The notes: generated by a model from the sequence alone, not told the origin. A stretch of DNA of 64,000 nucleotides from an uncultured Chloroflexia bacterium (GCA_963811305.1 CAWEQU010000003.1:130688-194687); one strand, 5' to 3'. Positions 40,032-50,602 are shown, counted from the first letter of the stretch. Program-made: numbers and translations.

Positions 40032-41354
40032 CTACGCTTTGAGCTGAGCCATCTCCCTTTGTACTTGAGCCTGGCCCTCTGTGGCAATCTCCATTAGCGA
40101 ACGCTCTAACGCTTCCAGGGCGTAGTCTATCTGGTCCCTGGTTATTACCAGGGGCGGCTGGACCCTGACGACGTTGCCATAGACGCCCCCTACGCCTACC
40201 AGGACACCTTTCTCCAGGCAGGAAGCTCTGATAGCTTCCGCTTGCGCCGTGGCGGGGGTCATATCTCCGGTGACAAGCTCCATGCCGATCATCAGGCCGA
40301 TGCCTCGCACATCTCCGATGATTGGGAACTGGATTTGTAAAGCTCTGAGCTTGGAGAGTACGTATTGTCCATCCTCCCAGGCTTTGGCGCTAAGCTGCTC
40401 GCGCTCTATGAAGTCGATGCTTGCCAGGGCAGCCGCGCATGACACCGGGTTGCCGCCGAAGGTGGAGAGGTGGTCGCCCGGCCTGAACGCCGCCGCGATT
40501 TCGTCTCGCGTGGTGAAAGCGCCCAGTGGGAAGCCGTTTGCAATCCCTTTCGCCGTTACCAGGATGTCCGGCTCAATGCCGTAGTGCTCGACGGCGAACA
40601 TCGCCCCGGTGCGCCCAAATCCGGTTTGCACTTCGTCGGCTATGAAGAGGATGTCGTGTTTGTCCAGGATGCGCTTCACCTCTTTGAAGTAGTCGAGCGG
40701 CGGGACGATGATGCCACCCTCGCCCAGCACCGGCTCGGCTATGAAGGCGGCTACGTCGCCCGACGTGGAGAACTGGAGGATGTCTTCCAGCGAGCGGGCG
40801 CATTGGTCGGTGATCTCGTCCTCGCTACTTGCATGCGAGCGGTAAAGATACGGGGCCTGAGAGAAAGCGACGCCTGGAGCGTAGGGTCCGCCGCGACGCT
40901 TGCGGCCTGCGTTGCCCGTAATGCTTAGAGTGCCCCAGGTGCGCCCGTGGAAGCCGTGCGTGAGGGCGATAAGCTCTGCCTTGCCCGTGTAGAGCTTCGC
41001 CAGCTTGATGGCACCCTCTATCGCTTCCGCGCCGCTGTTGGCGAAGAAGCTCTTTTTGAGCCGTCCTGGAGTAATCTGCGCCAGCTTCTCGGCGAGGTCG
41101 GCGATGGGCGCGTTGTGGTAGACGTAAGAGCAGCAATGCACCAGCTTCTCCATCTGCGCCCTGGCTGCCGCTATGACTTCGGGGTTGCAGTGCCCGGCGT
41201 TGACTACGGCTATCCCGGCAAAGCAGTCAATGTAATCTTTGCCTGCGCTGTCCGTCACCACAGCGCCTTGCGCCCTCTCGATTACGATTGGCTGGATGGC
41301 CTTCACGAAGCTGGTGATGACGTACTCCCGGTATTTGTCGAATGTGTCAGTCAT
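40032..41354 (-). CDS. Class III (aspartate aminotransferase family) PLP-dependent aminotransferase
   Basis: Full-length similarity, e.g. FIADEVQTGFGRTG and the …TFGGNPV… motif. Confidence 0.8.
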   Translation of the reverse strand: MTDTFDKYREYVITSFVKAIQPIVIERAQGAVVTDSAGKDYIDCFAGIAVVNAGHCNPEVIAAARAQMEKLVHCCSYVYHNAPIADLAEKLAQITPGRLKKSFFANSGAEAIEGAIKLAKLYTGKAELIALTHGFHGRTWGTLSITGNAGRKRRGGPYAPGVAFSQAPYLYRSHASSEDEITDQCARSLEDILQFSTSGDVAAFIAEPVLGEGGIIVPPLDYFKEVKRILDKHDILFIADEVQTGFGRTGAMFAVEHYGIEPDILVTAKGIANGFPLGAFTTRDEIAAAFRPGDHLSTFGGNPVSCAAALASIDFIEREQLSAKAWEDGQYVLSKLRALQIQFPIIGDVRGIGLMIGMELVTGDMTPATAQAEAIRASCLEKGVLVGVGGVYGNVVRVQPPLVITRDQIDYALEALERSLMEIATEGQAQVQREMAQLKA

Positions 41355-41375
41355 ATATGACTCCTATATCTACTC

Positions 41376-42113
41376 CTATATCTTGAAACTACTTTGTCGC
41401 ATGCAGGTGGGGCCTGAGTTATAGATCTTATCGGCCAAGAAGTCCGATACAATCATCTTCAGCAAGGGTGTCGCTTTTTCCACTACCTGATGATCATTAG
41501 CATCATCTGCCCTCTTGCCTCCATGTAGTAGGTTGTTCCGAACCGTATAGAGCAAATTGACTATTTCTATTGCCAAAGTATTCTTAGCCTTAACGTCTTG
41601 GTTATTCCCTTTGTAGCGCGTATACAGGCTAATATCAATTGGACTCCAAACTGGGTGGTCTTTATTAATCGTACGACCAACGTTTAGGACTCCATTTAGC
41701 TTTTGACGCTGTTTGTCATACTCCAGGCGTTCCATGTGCCAGGAAGGGGTTCGGTGCAGGAAGAATTCGATATTTGGGTGCATGATAAGACTGTGTTTCA
41801 GCTCTTCACTCAATTCAGCACATGCTAATTTTATCTGCTCTATTTCGGTTGGTCCCGATACCTCAGGGATATTTACGCCACCCTCCCGTTTTGTTATTAT
41901 ACGTCCTCTTCGAGTTCTCAGTTTTGGTACATATCCCCGATATTCAGCATTGGTTGTATAGATGTTATTGAACGCCATCCAGAGGAAAATGTACTTGTGA
42001 AACGGTTGATATCCCTCATGGGGAATTCCTCTAGTCAAAGCGAACAGTGAATAGGCTACAGGAACTTCATAACGGTGGAATACACGGCCCATAGTCATAA
42101 CCTCCATTTTCAA
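41376..42113 (-). CDS. Low-GC orphan protein with C-terminal HEPN-like R-x4-HG motif (TVRNNLLHGGK); candidate Abi/HEPN-type RNase
   Basis: AT-rich ORF embedded among GC-rich housekeeping genes. Rx4H motif near the C-terminus. No other recognisable domain. Confidence 0.35.
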   Translation of the reverse strand: MKMEVMTMGRVFHRYEVPVAYSLFALTRGIPHEGYQPFHKYIFLWMAFNNIYTTNAEYRGYVPKLRTRRGRIITKREGGVNIPEVSGPTEIEQIKLACAELSEELKHSLIMHPNIEFFLHRTPSWHMERLEYDKQRQKLNGVLNVGRTINKDHPVWSPIDISLYTRYKGNNQDVKAKNTLAIEIVNLLYTVRNNLLHGGKRADDANDHQVVEKATPLLKMIVSDFLADKIYNSGPTCMRQSSFKI

Positions 42114-43250
42114 GATAGAAGACGGCTATATTTCCTCAGTATCTCCCGAAGGCGGTCGTGGGGGAGGGCTATGACGCGGTGGTTGTCGCGGCCAACCATC
42201 GTTTCGGCGGCGACAAGGGCGTTGATGATGGCTTCTTCGGTAGCCTGGACTGTGGCATCGAATAGCGGGGTGATGGCGTTGTTGCTCAACATATCGACGT
42301 GGGCGACAGGCTCTTCGGTTGCCTGGGGATTGGCGGTGGAGAAGGCGATGAAGATGTCGCCGGAGCTGTTGCCCGCAATGCTGCCCGTTCTAGCGAGGCC
42401 CATCGTGGCGCGTCGCACGATGCGTTTTAGCTGGTGGGGAAGAAGGGGTGCGTCGGTTGCGACGACGATGATGATGGAGCCGGTATCTCCTGAAGTTGGA
42501 TTGGCTGATACGGGTCCTGGTAAGTTATCAGATAGCTCTTTGCCTACGGGCGCGCCAGCGACCAATAGCTGATGCCTGAGGCCAAAGTTGCATTGGGCAA
42601 GCACCCCTAGAACGTACCCGCCTGCATCTTCAGCTAGCTTTCTTGAAGTGGTGCCGATGCCGCCCTTGAACTGGTAGCAGACCATGCCAGTGCCGCCGCC
42701 GACGTTGCCCTCTTCTACGGGGCCGGAGCGGGCGTTGTCGAGGGACTCGAAGACGTGCTCCTCTTTGACGTGGAAGCCGTTGATGTCGTTCAGGTAGCCG
42801 TCGTACGTCTCTCCGACGACCGGGAGGGACCAGAAGCCATTAATGAAGTTGTATTGTTTCTTGCTGTTGAGGCGTAAACGCGCATGTGTCTTTATCTGCC
42901 AGGCGATTACCGAGTCTCGGACGGTGCCGACGCTGTGGGTGTTGGTAATCATCACAGGCCCTTCGAGGAAGCCCGAACTCCTCGACCCAGGTGGTGCCGG
43001 TCATCTCGCCATTGCCGTTTTGTGAGAACCAGCCAGCGAAGGCAGGCTCTATAGAGTCGCGCCCGCGTGGGAAGATGGCCGTGACGCCGGTGCGTACCGG
43101 GCCAACGCCCACCTGTAGCTCTCCTTCGCCGGAGATGAGCGTGACCTGGCCGACCTCGACGCCGCTCACGTCGGTGATGGCGTTGAGCGGGCCGGGCGTG
43201 CCGTCGAAGGGGATGCCGAGGTCGCGGGCGCGTGGCTTGGGCCGGGTCAT
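42110..43250 (-). CDS. Peptidase S58 (DmpA/L-aminopeptidase D-Ala-esterase family); apparent frameshift near 42960
   Basis: DmpA-like N-terminal region (ARDLGIPFDGTPGPLNAITDVSGVEVGQVT…) and C-terminal part (…ITNTHSVG…GGTGMVCYQFKGGIGTS…) in adjacent frames. Confidence 0.6.
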
Positions 43251-43756
43251 GCGCGCACCCCTTCGACCAATTGCCTGTATTCCAGTGAGTTGAAGAATAA
43301 AGGCAAGATATGGGTTGTGCTTATCGCTAAGTCCAACTTCAGGGCCTCGTGAGGAGCTAAAAAAGCCAGGACATCACCCTCAGTAAGTATCATGTCTTGC
43401 AGGAGGGTAGTCGTGAGTCCGTAGAAGATATAGACCTCGCGGAGAGGGATGGCATCTGCACTGGCGTTACCGGCACTGCCTGCTTCCACGTAATAGAATG
43501 AGCCGTCGGGTTCGCGGTATATCATAATGTGCCTGAAGAGGGTTAGAGGCTCAGTTAGACGCAAGTCTAGTTCTTCCAGAAGCTCTCGCCGGACGGCTTC
43601 TTCTGGTGTTTCAGGAGGTTCGATGTGCCCGCCGGGGGTTGCCCAGGTGTTTGGCGACGTGGGGGCGTTTGCATCGCGGTGCTGTAGGAGTACTCGCCCG
43701 GTGGGGTCTACCAGCAGTGCGCCCGCGACGACAGGCCACTCGCTCCCAGGCATCAC
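43247..43756 (-). CDS. NUDIX hydrolase
   Basis: Nudix box GGHIEPPETPEEAVRRELLEELDL. Confidence 0.8.
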   Translation of the reverse strand: MMPGSEWPVVAGALLVDPTGRVLLQHRDANAPTSPNTWATPGGHIEPPETPEEAVRRELLEELDLRLTEPLTLFRHIMIYREPDGSFYYVEAGSAGNASADAIPLREVYIFYGLTTTLLQDMILTEGDVLAFLAPHEALKLDLAISTTHILPLFFNSLEYRQLVEGVRA

Positions 43757-43766
43757 TCCATACCTC

Positions 43767-45245
43767 TCAGAACCTCCGAGACCACTCGCTCGGCCAGCGC
43801 TCGATTACCACCTTCTTATCAGTGTAGAACTCTACGGCGTCGCGCCCCTGGCCGTGCAACACCCCCAGGAAGCTGTCTTTCCAGCCGCTGAAGGGGAAGT
43901 AGGCCATCGGAGCGGCCACGCCGATGTTGACGCCGATGTTGCCTGCGGGCGCTCTGTAGCGGAACTCGCGCGCCGCGGCCCCGCTGCTCGTGAAAATCGA
44001 GGCGGCGTTACCGTAGCTGCTGCGCGCCAGGATGTCTATCGCTTCATCAACGCTCTCTGCGTGGACGAGGCTGAGGACGGGGCCGAAGATTTCGGTCTTC
44101 TGCAACTCGCTGTCGGGGGACACGCCGTCCAGTACGGTTGGCTTGATGAAATTGCCTCCATCGTAGCCTGGGATTCGGGCGCTGCGGCCATCCAGCAGAA
44201 GGTGAGCGCCTTCGCTCGCTCCCTGGGCTATCAGCCCCTCGATGCGCGATTTGCTCTCGCTGGTGATTACGGGACCCATCTGCACGCCCTGGTCCAGGCC
44301 GGATCCGACCCTGAGTGAGCCTGCCATGTCGGCTATGGCATCCCTGAAGGTGCGTTGCGCTTCTCCCACCGTAACCGCTACCGAGACGGCAAGACACCTC
44401 TGGCCTGCACAGCCGAATGCGCTATCGCTGACGATGCGCGTCGCCATCTCCAGGTCGGCATCTGGGAGGATGACGGCGTGGTTTTTGGCCCCGCCCTGGC
44501 ACTGGACCCTCTTGGCATTTTGCGCGCCGCGTGCGTAGATGTACCTCGCTACGGGGGTTGAGCCTACGAAGCTGATGGCTCGCACGGAAGGGTGGTCCAG
44601 GAGAGCGTCAACCGCTTCTTTCGACCCGTTGACTAGGTTGAGCACGCCCGGGGGGAGATGAAGCTCCTCCATCAATTGGAAGACGTGGCTTATCGCCACC
44701 GGGACTCTTTCCGAGGGCTTGAGGATGAAGGTATTGCCGCAAGCGATTGCATATGGCAGGAACCAGAAGGGGATCATCACCGGGAAGTTGAAAGGGGTGA
44801 TGGCGGCGACCACGCCGAGCGGCTGGCGGATCATGAACTCGTCGATGCCTGCGGCCACGTCCTCAAGATTGTAGCCTTGCATGAGCGTAGGGATACCGCA
44901 TGCTACTTCGACGTTCTCTATACCCCGGCGGATCTCGGCCTTCAATTCGTCCAGGGTCTTGCCATTTTCTAGCGTGACGAGGCGCGCTATCTCCTCGAAG
45001 TTTGCCTCGAGAAGCTGCTTGAGCTTGAAGAGGTACTGGATTCGCTCTTCCGGCGGCGTGCGCCGCCAGCCTGGGAACGCTTCCGCCGCTGCTTCCACGG
45101 CAGCAGCGACTTCGATCTGGCTGGATAGTGGGACTTGTGCGAGGAGTTCGCCCGTTGCCGGATTGATAACGTCCTTATGGCCGTCCGACTGCGGGTTGGT
45201 CCACCGCCCGTTGACGTAGTTAGATATTCGAGTGCTGGTAAGCAT
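43767..45245 (-). CDS. mmsA: CoA-acylating methylmalonate-semialdehyde dehydrogenase (aldehyde dehydrogenase family)
   Basis: ALDH fold with [11 protein letters not shown] and catalytic GQRCLA characteristic of MMSDH. Confidence 0.7.
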   Translation of the reverse strand: MLTSTRISNYVNGRWTNPQSDGHKDVINPATGELLAQVPLSSQIEVAAAVEAAAEAFPGWRRTPPEERIQYLFKLKQLLEANFEEIARLVTLENGKTLDELKAEIRRGIENVEVACGIPTLMQGYNLEDVAAGIDEFMIRQPLGVVAAITPFNFPVMIPFWFLPYAIACGNTFILKPSERVPVAISHVFQLMEELHLPPGVLNLVNGSKEAVDALLDHPSVRAISFVGSTPVARYIYARGAQNAKRVQCQGGAKNHAVILPDADLEMATRIVSDSAFGCAGQRCLAVSVAVTVGEAQRTFRDAIADMAGSLRVGSGLDQGVQMGPVITSESKSRIEGLIAQGASEGAHLLLDGRSARIPGYDGGNFIKPTVLDGVSPDSELQKTEIFGPVLSLVHAESVDEAIDILARSSYGNAASIFTSSGAAAREFRYRAPAGNIGVNIGVAAPMAYFPFSGWKDSFLGVLHGQGRDAVEFYTDKKVVIERWPSEWSRRF

Positions 45246-45351
45246 CCCTTTTGCCTTTCACCAATAGTTGGTTGCCATTATACAGGAGCGAGGGCAAACA
45301 TGGCACATCCCGCACCAAACCCCCACCTCCAACCCCTCCCCAACGGGGAGT

Positions 45352-45412
45352 TTGAAAAAGGATAAAATAAAGGTTCGGCGCAGCCGAACCTTTATTTTAT
45401 CCTTTTTCAAAG
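45352..45412. terminator. Long perfect palindrome (bidirectional terminator-like) after the cupredoxin operon
   Basis: tttgaaaaaggataaaataaaggttcggcgcagccgaacctttattttatcctttttcaaa. Confidence 0.6.
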
Positions 45413-45442
45413 AAGTGTTAATGCGTCAACACTGGTAATGCG

Positions 45443-45964
45443 CTATCGGGCGATACGTCCTCGAATACTCTTGCTGACGACGAGTGCGCCCAGGCTGATA
45501 AGTACCAGGGCGACCATGCCTAGCAGCCATAGCTCAGATAGTGAGCTATTTCCCGTCCCAGGCATACCGCCGGGAGTTGTAGACGTGACTTCGATCTCGC
45601 CCATCATGCCATGCCCTTTGTGATCATCTACCGGGCAGTACATCTCCCAGTCGCCGGCTACCGGGAATACATATTCGGCAGTGCGCGTCTCTCCGGGCAT
45701 GAGATTTGTATCGAAGAGATGCTGCTCGATACCCCTGTCTTCAAGCTCCACTACGAGATTGTGTGGCACGGTGCCGCCGTTGTGTACGGTGAAATGTACC
45801 ATCTGGCCCGCCGAAACGGTGACACTCGATGGTGTGATCTTGAACTCGCTGAGCGTAATATCTAGCTCCTGGCCGTCCTGGGCGAGAGCGAATGAGGGGA
45901 TGAGGAGCACGGCTGCCAGCCACGCGATTCCCAGCAAGCTGCGGGTGAATGAACGACAAGTCAT
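45443..45964 (-). CDS. Membrane-anchored cupredoxin (type-1 blue copper protein, plastocyanin/azurin-like) with signal peptide and C-terminal TM
   Basis: Type-1 Cu ligand pattern H…C…H…M (PHNLVV…YCPVDDHKGHGMMG). N-terminal signal MTCRSFTRSLLGIAWLAAVLLIPSFALA. Confidence 0.65.
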   Translation of the reverse strand: MTCRSFTRSLLGIAWLAAVLLIPSFALAQDGQELDITLSEFKITPSSVTVSAGQMVHFTVHNGGTVPHNLVVELEDRGIEQHLFDTNLMPGETRTAEYVFPVAGDWEMYCPVDDHKGHGMMGEIEVTSTTPGGMPGTGNSSLSELWLLGMVALVLISLGALVVSKSIRGRIAR

Positions 45965-46116
45965 GATTCTGGCCCTCCTAGTTTGTGGATGTTGGTCTAT
46001 TGCAGCGCTGATATAGGGGCTAACGTTTCTATGTGCGGAAAAGTAGCGGGCAGGCAAGCAAAAAGACCGGCGATTTCTGCCGGTCTTTTTGCGGGGCGGA
46101 GGGATAGAAGTTGAAA

Positions 46117-46824
46117 TTAGAAGCCGGTGGCATACCACCTGAAGAATAGACTTTCAGGAACCACGATGGGCGTCCCGGGGCCTTCATGTATCCAGATTTC
46201 CAGGGCGCGGTAACGCTCAGGACCTGGCAGGCGCTCGGCTATACACGACATCTGGGCACCTACGGCGGGCTGGCCGTGTATCTCGGTTGCAGCGTCGATG
46301 ACCACCTCGGTGTCATCGCCGATCAGCCATTCGTTGCCGTCGATGCGCGTGATGGTCCCACTGTAGTGCTCCAATGGCGTGCGCGTATCGGGCTGCCGGA
46401 GGAGGGGCGTCGTAAACACCAGCACCAGGGCTACCAGCGCGGCCAGCACGGGCAGGACAAAGACCAGCTTGCGGCGTGGTGCTTGCAAGAGCGTATCGAG
46501 CCAGGAACGGCGTTGTGGCTGAGGGGGCAATATTCGCGGGCGACCGATCTCCTGAGCAGGGGAGGTCGTGGCGTCCTCTATAGTGCGTGGCTCCTGGGTG
46601 GTAGCGTGAAGCTGCTCTTTCATACGGGCAAGGGCCTTCGAAGATAGCGCCGGGGAAGGCACGGCGCGGATGGCGAGGTTGAGCCGCAGGAGGGCTTCCA
46701 GCTCCGCGGCGTGCTGGGGGAACTGCTCCAGCACCAATTCGATGCTGTGACCGGACATGACCTGCCGCGACGCCTCGCTGAATGCTTCTTCAACTCGCGG
46801 GTTGCTTTCAAACATTGTTGCCAT
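46117..46824 (-). CDS. Putative membrane anti-sigma factor (single TM) cognate to the upstream ECF sigma
   Basis: Overlaps the sigma gene end, has a single TM (LVFVLPVLAALVALVLVF), and operon position. Confidence 0.4.
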   Translation of the reverse strand: MATMFESNPRVEEAFSEASRQVMSGHSIELVLEQFPQHAAELEALLRLNLAIRAVPSPALSSKALARMKEQLHATTQEPRTIEDATTSPAQEIGRPRILPPQPQRRSWLDTLLQAPRRKLVFVLPVLAALVALVLVFTTPLLRQPDTRTPLEHYSGTITRIDGNEWLIGDDTEVVIDAATEIHGQPAVGAQMSCIAERLPGPERYRALEIWIHEGPGTPIVVPESLFFRWYATGF

Positions 46825-46846
46825 AGTTCCTTCTAGCCGGGGTCTA

Positions 46847-47407
46847 TCATGTAGCCTCTCCGATGGCGACGAACGCACGGCGGAGGGCCTCCATTCCCCG
46901 GTAATATAACCCTTTTACTGAAGGGAGGGTCCGTTCGAGCATGAGCGCCACGTCCGGTAAGTCCCAACCCTCGATTATATGTAGCAAAATCACCTGGCGC
47001 TGCTCGTCCGTCACCATTTCCAGGGCCTGTCGCAGTTGCTCGCGGTCCAATATCCCTTCAAAGCGCGGGTCGTAAGCGCCCGGCTCGCTGGCAGGCTCGA
47101 CGTCGAGCCTCTCCTCAAGAGAGACGTGGGGGTGACGCTTACGTGCCCTGTGATGGTCTATGACCAGGTTCCGAGCGATGCGAAAGAGCCAGGCTTGAAA
47201 GCTGGCCTGCTCTACCCTGAACGAACCGATATGCCTGACCATTCTTGCGAGTACCTCTGCAACCAGGTCCTCTGCGTAGGTGGCGTCGTGCAATTGGTAG
47301 AAAGCGAACCGGTACAGGGCCGGTGCGTAATGATGCACAACGTATTCAACCGCTTCGGAATCGCCCCGCTTCAAGCCAGCCAGGAGAGCAATGTCATCCA
47401 TGCATCG
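46847..47407 (-). CDS. ECF sigma factor (sigma-70 group IV)
   Basis: Region 2 YRFAFYQLHDATYAEDLVAEV and region 4 EGWDLPDVALMLERTLPSVKGLYYRGMEAL. Confidence 0.8.
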   Translation of the reverse strand, partial: RCMDDIALLAGLKRGDSEAVEYVVHHYAPALYRFAFYQLHDATYAEDLVAEVLARMVRHIGSFRVEQASFQAWLFRIARNLVIDHHRARKRHPHVSLEERLDVEPASEPGAYDPRFEGILDREQLRQALEMVTDEQRQVILLHIIEGWDLPDVALMLERTLPSVKGLYYRGMEALRRAFVAIGEAT

Positions 47408-47742
47408 TGGGGCGGTGGTGGTAGTGTAGGGCAAGGCCCAGAGTTGATCTTGGTACATCTAACCCCGTCGGCATAGGTTGTAGAATGCGGGCTTCGGCGA
47501 TATCAGGCACGGCGTTCTGGCTTGTAGCGTTACTCATAATGTCTAACGTGCCAGAGGCCCGAAAAGTACCGGGTGATTTGACGACTTTTACAAGAGCATA
47601 AGTTGTGCCTGGGAAGAATCGCACAGCCTTGTGTATCCACGACCCTGGTGTTATAATCAATTTCGGGCAGCGATAGCTGCCTGGTGGAACCCCGGACAGC
47701 GTGGTCCGGCCCCCGCCTCTCGCCAGCATAGGAGGAATTGGA

Positions 47743-48713
47743 TGAACGACGCATTGCCACTCCTTTGTTACTTTGAAGGTAAGGTTATGCCTCTCAGCGA
47801 GGCTAAAGTGGGCATACTTACCCACGCCCTGAGCTACGGAACCGGATGTTTCGAGGGCATACGAGCCTATTACAATAAAGAGCAGGACCAGCTCTACGGC
47901 TTTCGCGTGCGCGAGCATTACGAGCGCTTGCAGCAATCAAGCCGCGTCCTGCTTATGGACCTCCCCCATTCGCCGGAGCAACTCGTAAGTATCACTAACG
48001 ACCTGCTGAGACGCAGTGGCATCCGCCAGGACGCATATATGCGTCCTATGGTTTACAAGGCTGACGAAGTCATAGGAGTCAGGCTGCACAATCTCCGCAC
48101 CGAGATGTATGTCACGGTACAGCCCTTTGGCAATTACATAGACATAGACCGCGCTCTCGAAGTGGGCGTATCTTCCTGGAAGCGTATTGACGACAATATG
48201 ATACCGGCCCGCGCCAAGATAACGGGTACATACGTCAACTCAGCCTTCGCCAAGAGCGAAGCCAACATGAATGGCTTCGATGAGGCGATTATGCTAGACC
48301 ACGCTGGGCACGTTTCGGAAGGCTCCGCCGAGAACTTATTCATGATACGTAACGGTGTAGCCTACACACCGCCCGTCACCGAGAACATACTTGAGGGGAT
48401 CACCCGCCTCACGATTATGACCTTGCTGAGCGAAGAGCTGCATATCCCGCTTGTCGAGCGCGTCATAGACCGTACGGAGCTATATGTCTGCGACGAGCTA
48501 ATACTGTGCGGCACGGGCGCGCAGATAGCCCCCGTAGGCTCGGTAGACCACCGCCCCGTCGGCAATGGCGGCGTGGGTAAGATAGGCCATGCGCTCCAGG
48601 AGCTTTATTTTGATGTGGTACGTGGCAATGTACCAAAGTACAAAGAGTGGTGCAGCCCCGTTTATGCAGAAGCTCGCCGCCCCGCCGACGTGCGAATGGC
48701 AGTAGCCTCATAA
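47743..48713 (+). CDS. ilvE: Branched-chain amino acid aminotransferase (class IV PLP enzyme)
   Basis: Full-length BCAT similarity incl. EGSAENLF and catalytic Lys region. Confidence 0.8.
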
Positions 48714-48770
48714 TTTTGGATTTTGGATTTTCGATTTCGATAGTTGATCCAAAATCCAAAATCCAAAATC
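48714..48770. repeat. Inverted TTTTGGA/TCCAAAA word arrays (hairpin) between ilvE and the bPH gene
   Basis: ttttggattttggattttcgatttcgatagttgatccaaaatccaaaatccaaaatc. Confidence 0.85.
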
Positions 48771-48772
48771 AT

Positions 48773-49738
48773 ATGTCTTTTTGGCGTCCGCAATCTTCAC
48801 CAACCAGGCTCGCGTTGTTCATACTGCCGGTGCTATGTATAGCATTGGCGGTATGGATGTGGCTGCTTATCGCCGCACGCGTGCCGGTGGTGGTGTTCGA
48901 CGCCGGGGTGTTTCTGCTGGGCCTGGAGCTGTTCCTGGCGCTCACGCTGGCGGGGATGCTCGCTTATATGGGGTGGTGCGTCTCTACCATGCGATACCGT
49001 ATTGACGACGACGCTGTGGCGGTACGGTGCGGGGGGGTCAAGTACGTTGTCCCCCTGGAAAGCATTATTGCCGTATATGCGCCGGGGGCCACCGTCAACG
49101 GCGAGCCGATAAGCGTCATATGGAAGCGCACAACGCCCCCTCTGCCTGGCTACGTGATTGGCTCAGGCATCAGTATGAAGCTTGGGAACGTCATATCGGT
49201 GGCGACGAGGCCGCCCTCTGAGCAGGTGTTTATTGTCACGCGTGAGGCAGCTTTCGGGGTCTCTCCTCAAAGCGGGCTTGAGTTCGTCTCCCAGCTTAAC
49301 CAGAAGCTGAAACTGGCGGAGCGTGACGAGGAGTTAGATGAGCAATTGGAATACTCAGGCGAGGGCGCGTACCTGGAGCTATCGGGAATTAGCGGGTGGG
49401 GAGCAACCCTCTGGGCAGACCCTTTAGCGCGACCCCTTCTCTTTATAGGGCTGGCTATTTGCGCGGCTATCTTTCTTTACCTGGGATTTGTGTACGGCAG
49501 CCTCCCCACGAACCTCTTACTGCACTGGAACGCACTCGGCCAGCCGGACCGCGTGGGTGACCCTATAGAGCTGCTGCGCCTGCCCGCGTTCGCCCTGGGT
49601 ATATGGCTGGTCAATGCTGTGGTGGCCTGGGTAGTGCGCCCCAGGGAGCGCGCCGCTACCCTCTTCCTGCTGGGGGGAGCGGTTGCGGTGCAGGTGGTGT
49701 TCGCGGCAGCGGTGCTCTCTATCGTCCTGCGCTCATAG
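48773..49738 (+). CDS. Membrane protein with bacterial PH (bPH_2/YdbT-like) domain
   Basis: TM pairs flanking YRIDDDAVAVRCGGVKYVVPLESIIAV (bPH-like). Confidence 0.5.
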   Translation: MSFWRPQSSPTRLALFILPVLCIALAVWMWLLIAARVPVVVFDAGVFLLGLELFLALTLAGMLAYMGWCVSTMRYRIDDDAVAVRCGGVKYVVPLESIIAVYAPGATVNGEPISVIWKRTTPPLPGYVIGSGISMKLGNVISVATRPPSEQVFIVTREAAFGVSPQSGLEFVSQLNQKLKLAERDEELDEQLEYSGEGAYLELSGISGWGATLWADPLARPLLFIGLAICAAIFLYLGFVYGSLPTNLLLHWNALGQPDRVGDPIELLRLPAFALGIWLVNAVVAWVVRPRERAATLFLLGGAVAVQVVFAAAVLSIVLRS

Positions 49739-49744
49739 CAGCCT

Positions 49745-49990
49745 GTAGGGGCGTGCCGTCGGCACGCCCCAAATGTATCAAGCAAGCCCTCAATACGTCT
49801 ATAATCCCCAAGAGGGAAAAGGAATTATTCTTATATCTCAATAATCGACCCTGCCAGGGTCGATTATTGAGATATAAGAAAGATAAGTTTGGCTGGGCGC
49901 GCCACTTGAGGCGCTGATCGCCGCCAGGGAGAGGTAAAAAATCCTTAGCTTGGTACGCATGGGGCATGCCGTCGGCACGCCCCTACGGAG
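49745..49990. repeat. Cluster of palindromes: two inverted copies of GGGGCGTGCCGTCGGCACGCCCC flanking a 49-bp perfect palindrome and an AAGTTTGGCTGGG motif
   Basis: Direct reading. Lies between convergent genes. The same AAGTTTGGCTGGG.RCGCC motif follows the palindrome at 29990-30010. Confidence 0.75.
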
Positions 49991-50007
49991 AAGCTGTATC
50001 ATAAACC

Positions 50008-50595
50008 TTAACTCGTTACTCCTCCGTGCTGCTCAAGCAGGGGGGTTATCTCATCGTGGCCCTTATCTATGGCTGCTTGGAGGGGCGTTTTCTTGTCGAA
50101 GTTGAGCACGTTCACGTCAGTGACGCCGTGGTCGAGGAGCCACTTCACCATTTCCAGGTGGCCGAAGTTGACCGCCGCGTGCAGAGCGCCATTTATACCT
50201 TCCCTGGCTCCATGAGCAAACAGGAGGTCAGCTACCTCTGTTTGGCCGCTCAGGGCGGCATGGTACAGCACGGGGATGCCGTGCGCGCCTCGCGCATTTG
50301 CAAGCGCGGGGTCCTCCCGTAAGAATTGCGCAACTTCATCAGCCATACCGAGCATGGCCGCCGCACAGATATTGTTTGGCGCACCCTCTGACAGCAGATA
50401 GAGCGCTATCTCACGGTTTCCCATGTGAGAGGCGGCTTGCAGCGCGGTCTCATCGAACTTCTCCCATGTGGAGTTGAGGAGCGCCGGGTTTTCTGCGTGC
50501 AGTTCCCGCACCCTGGCAAGGTTACCATGCGCTGCGATAACAAATGGTTCTACAAGCTCTTGCGAAAGCTCCTGTGTCATGTTCATGTTACACAC
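50008..50595 (-). CDS. Ankyrin-repeat protein
   Basis: Repeated …G.TPLH.AA..GH.E.V..LL..GA… units. Confidence 0.75.
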   Translation of the reverse strand: MCNMNMTQELSQELVEPFVIAAHGNLARVRELHAENPALLNSTWEKFDETALQAASHMGNREIALYLLSEGAPNNICAAAMLGMADEVAQFLREDPALANARGAHGIPVLYHAALSGQTEVADLLFAHGAREGINGALHAAVNFGHLEMVKWLLDHGVTDVNVLNFDKKTPLQAAIDKGHDEITPLLEQHGGVTS

Positions 50596-50602
50596 TCCTG
50601 GA

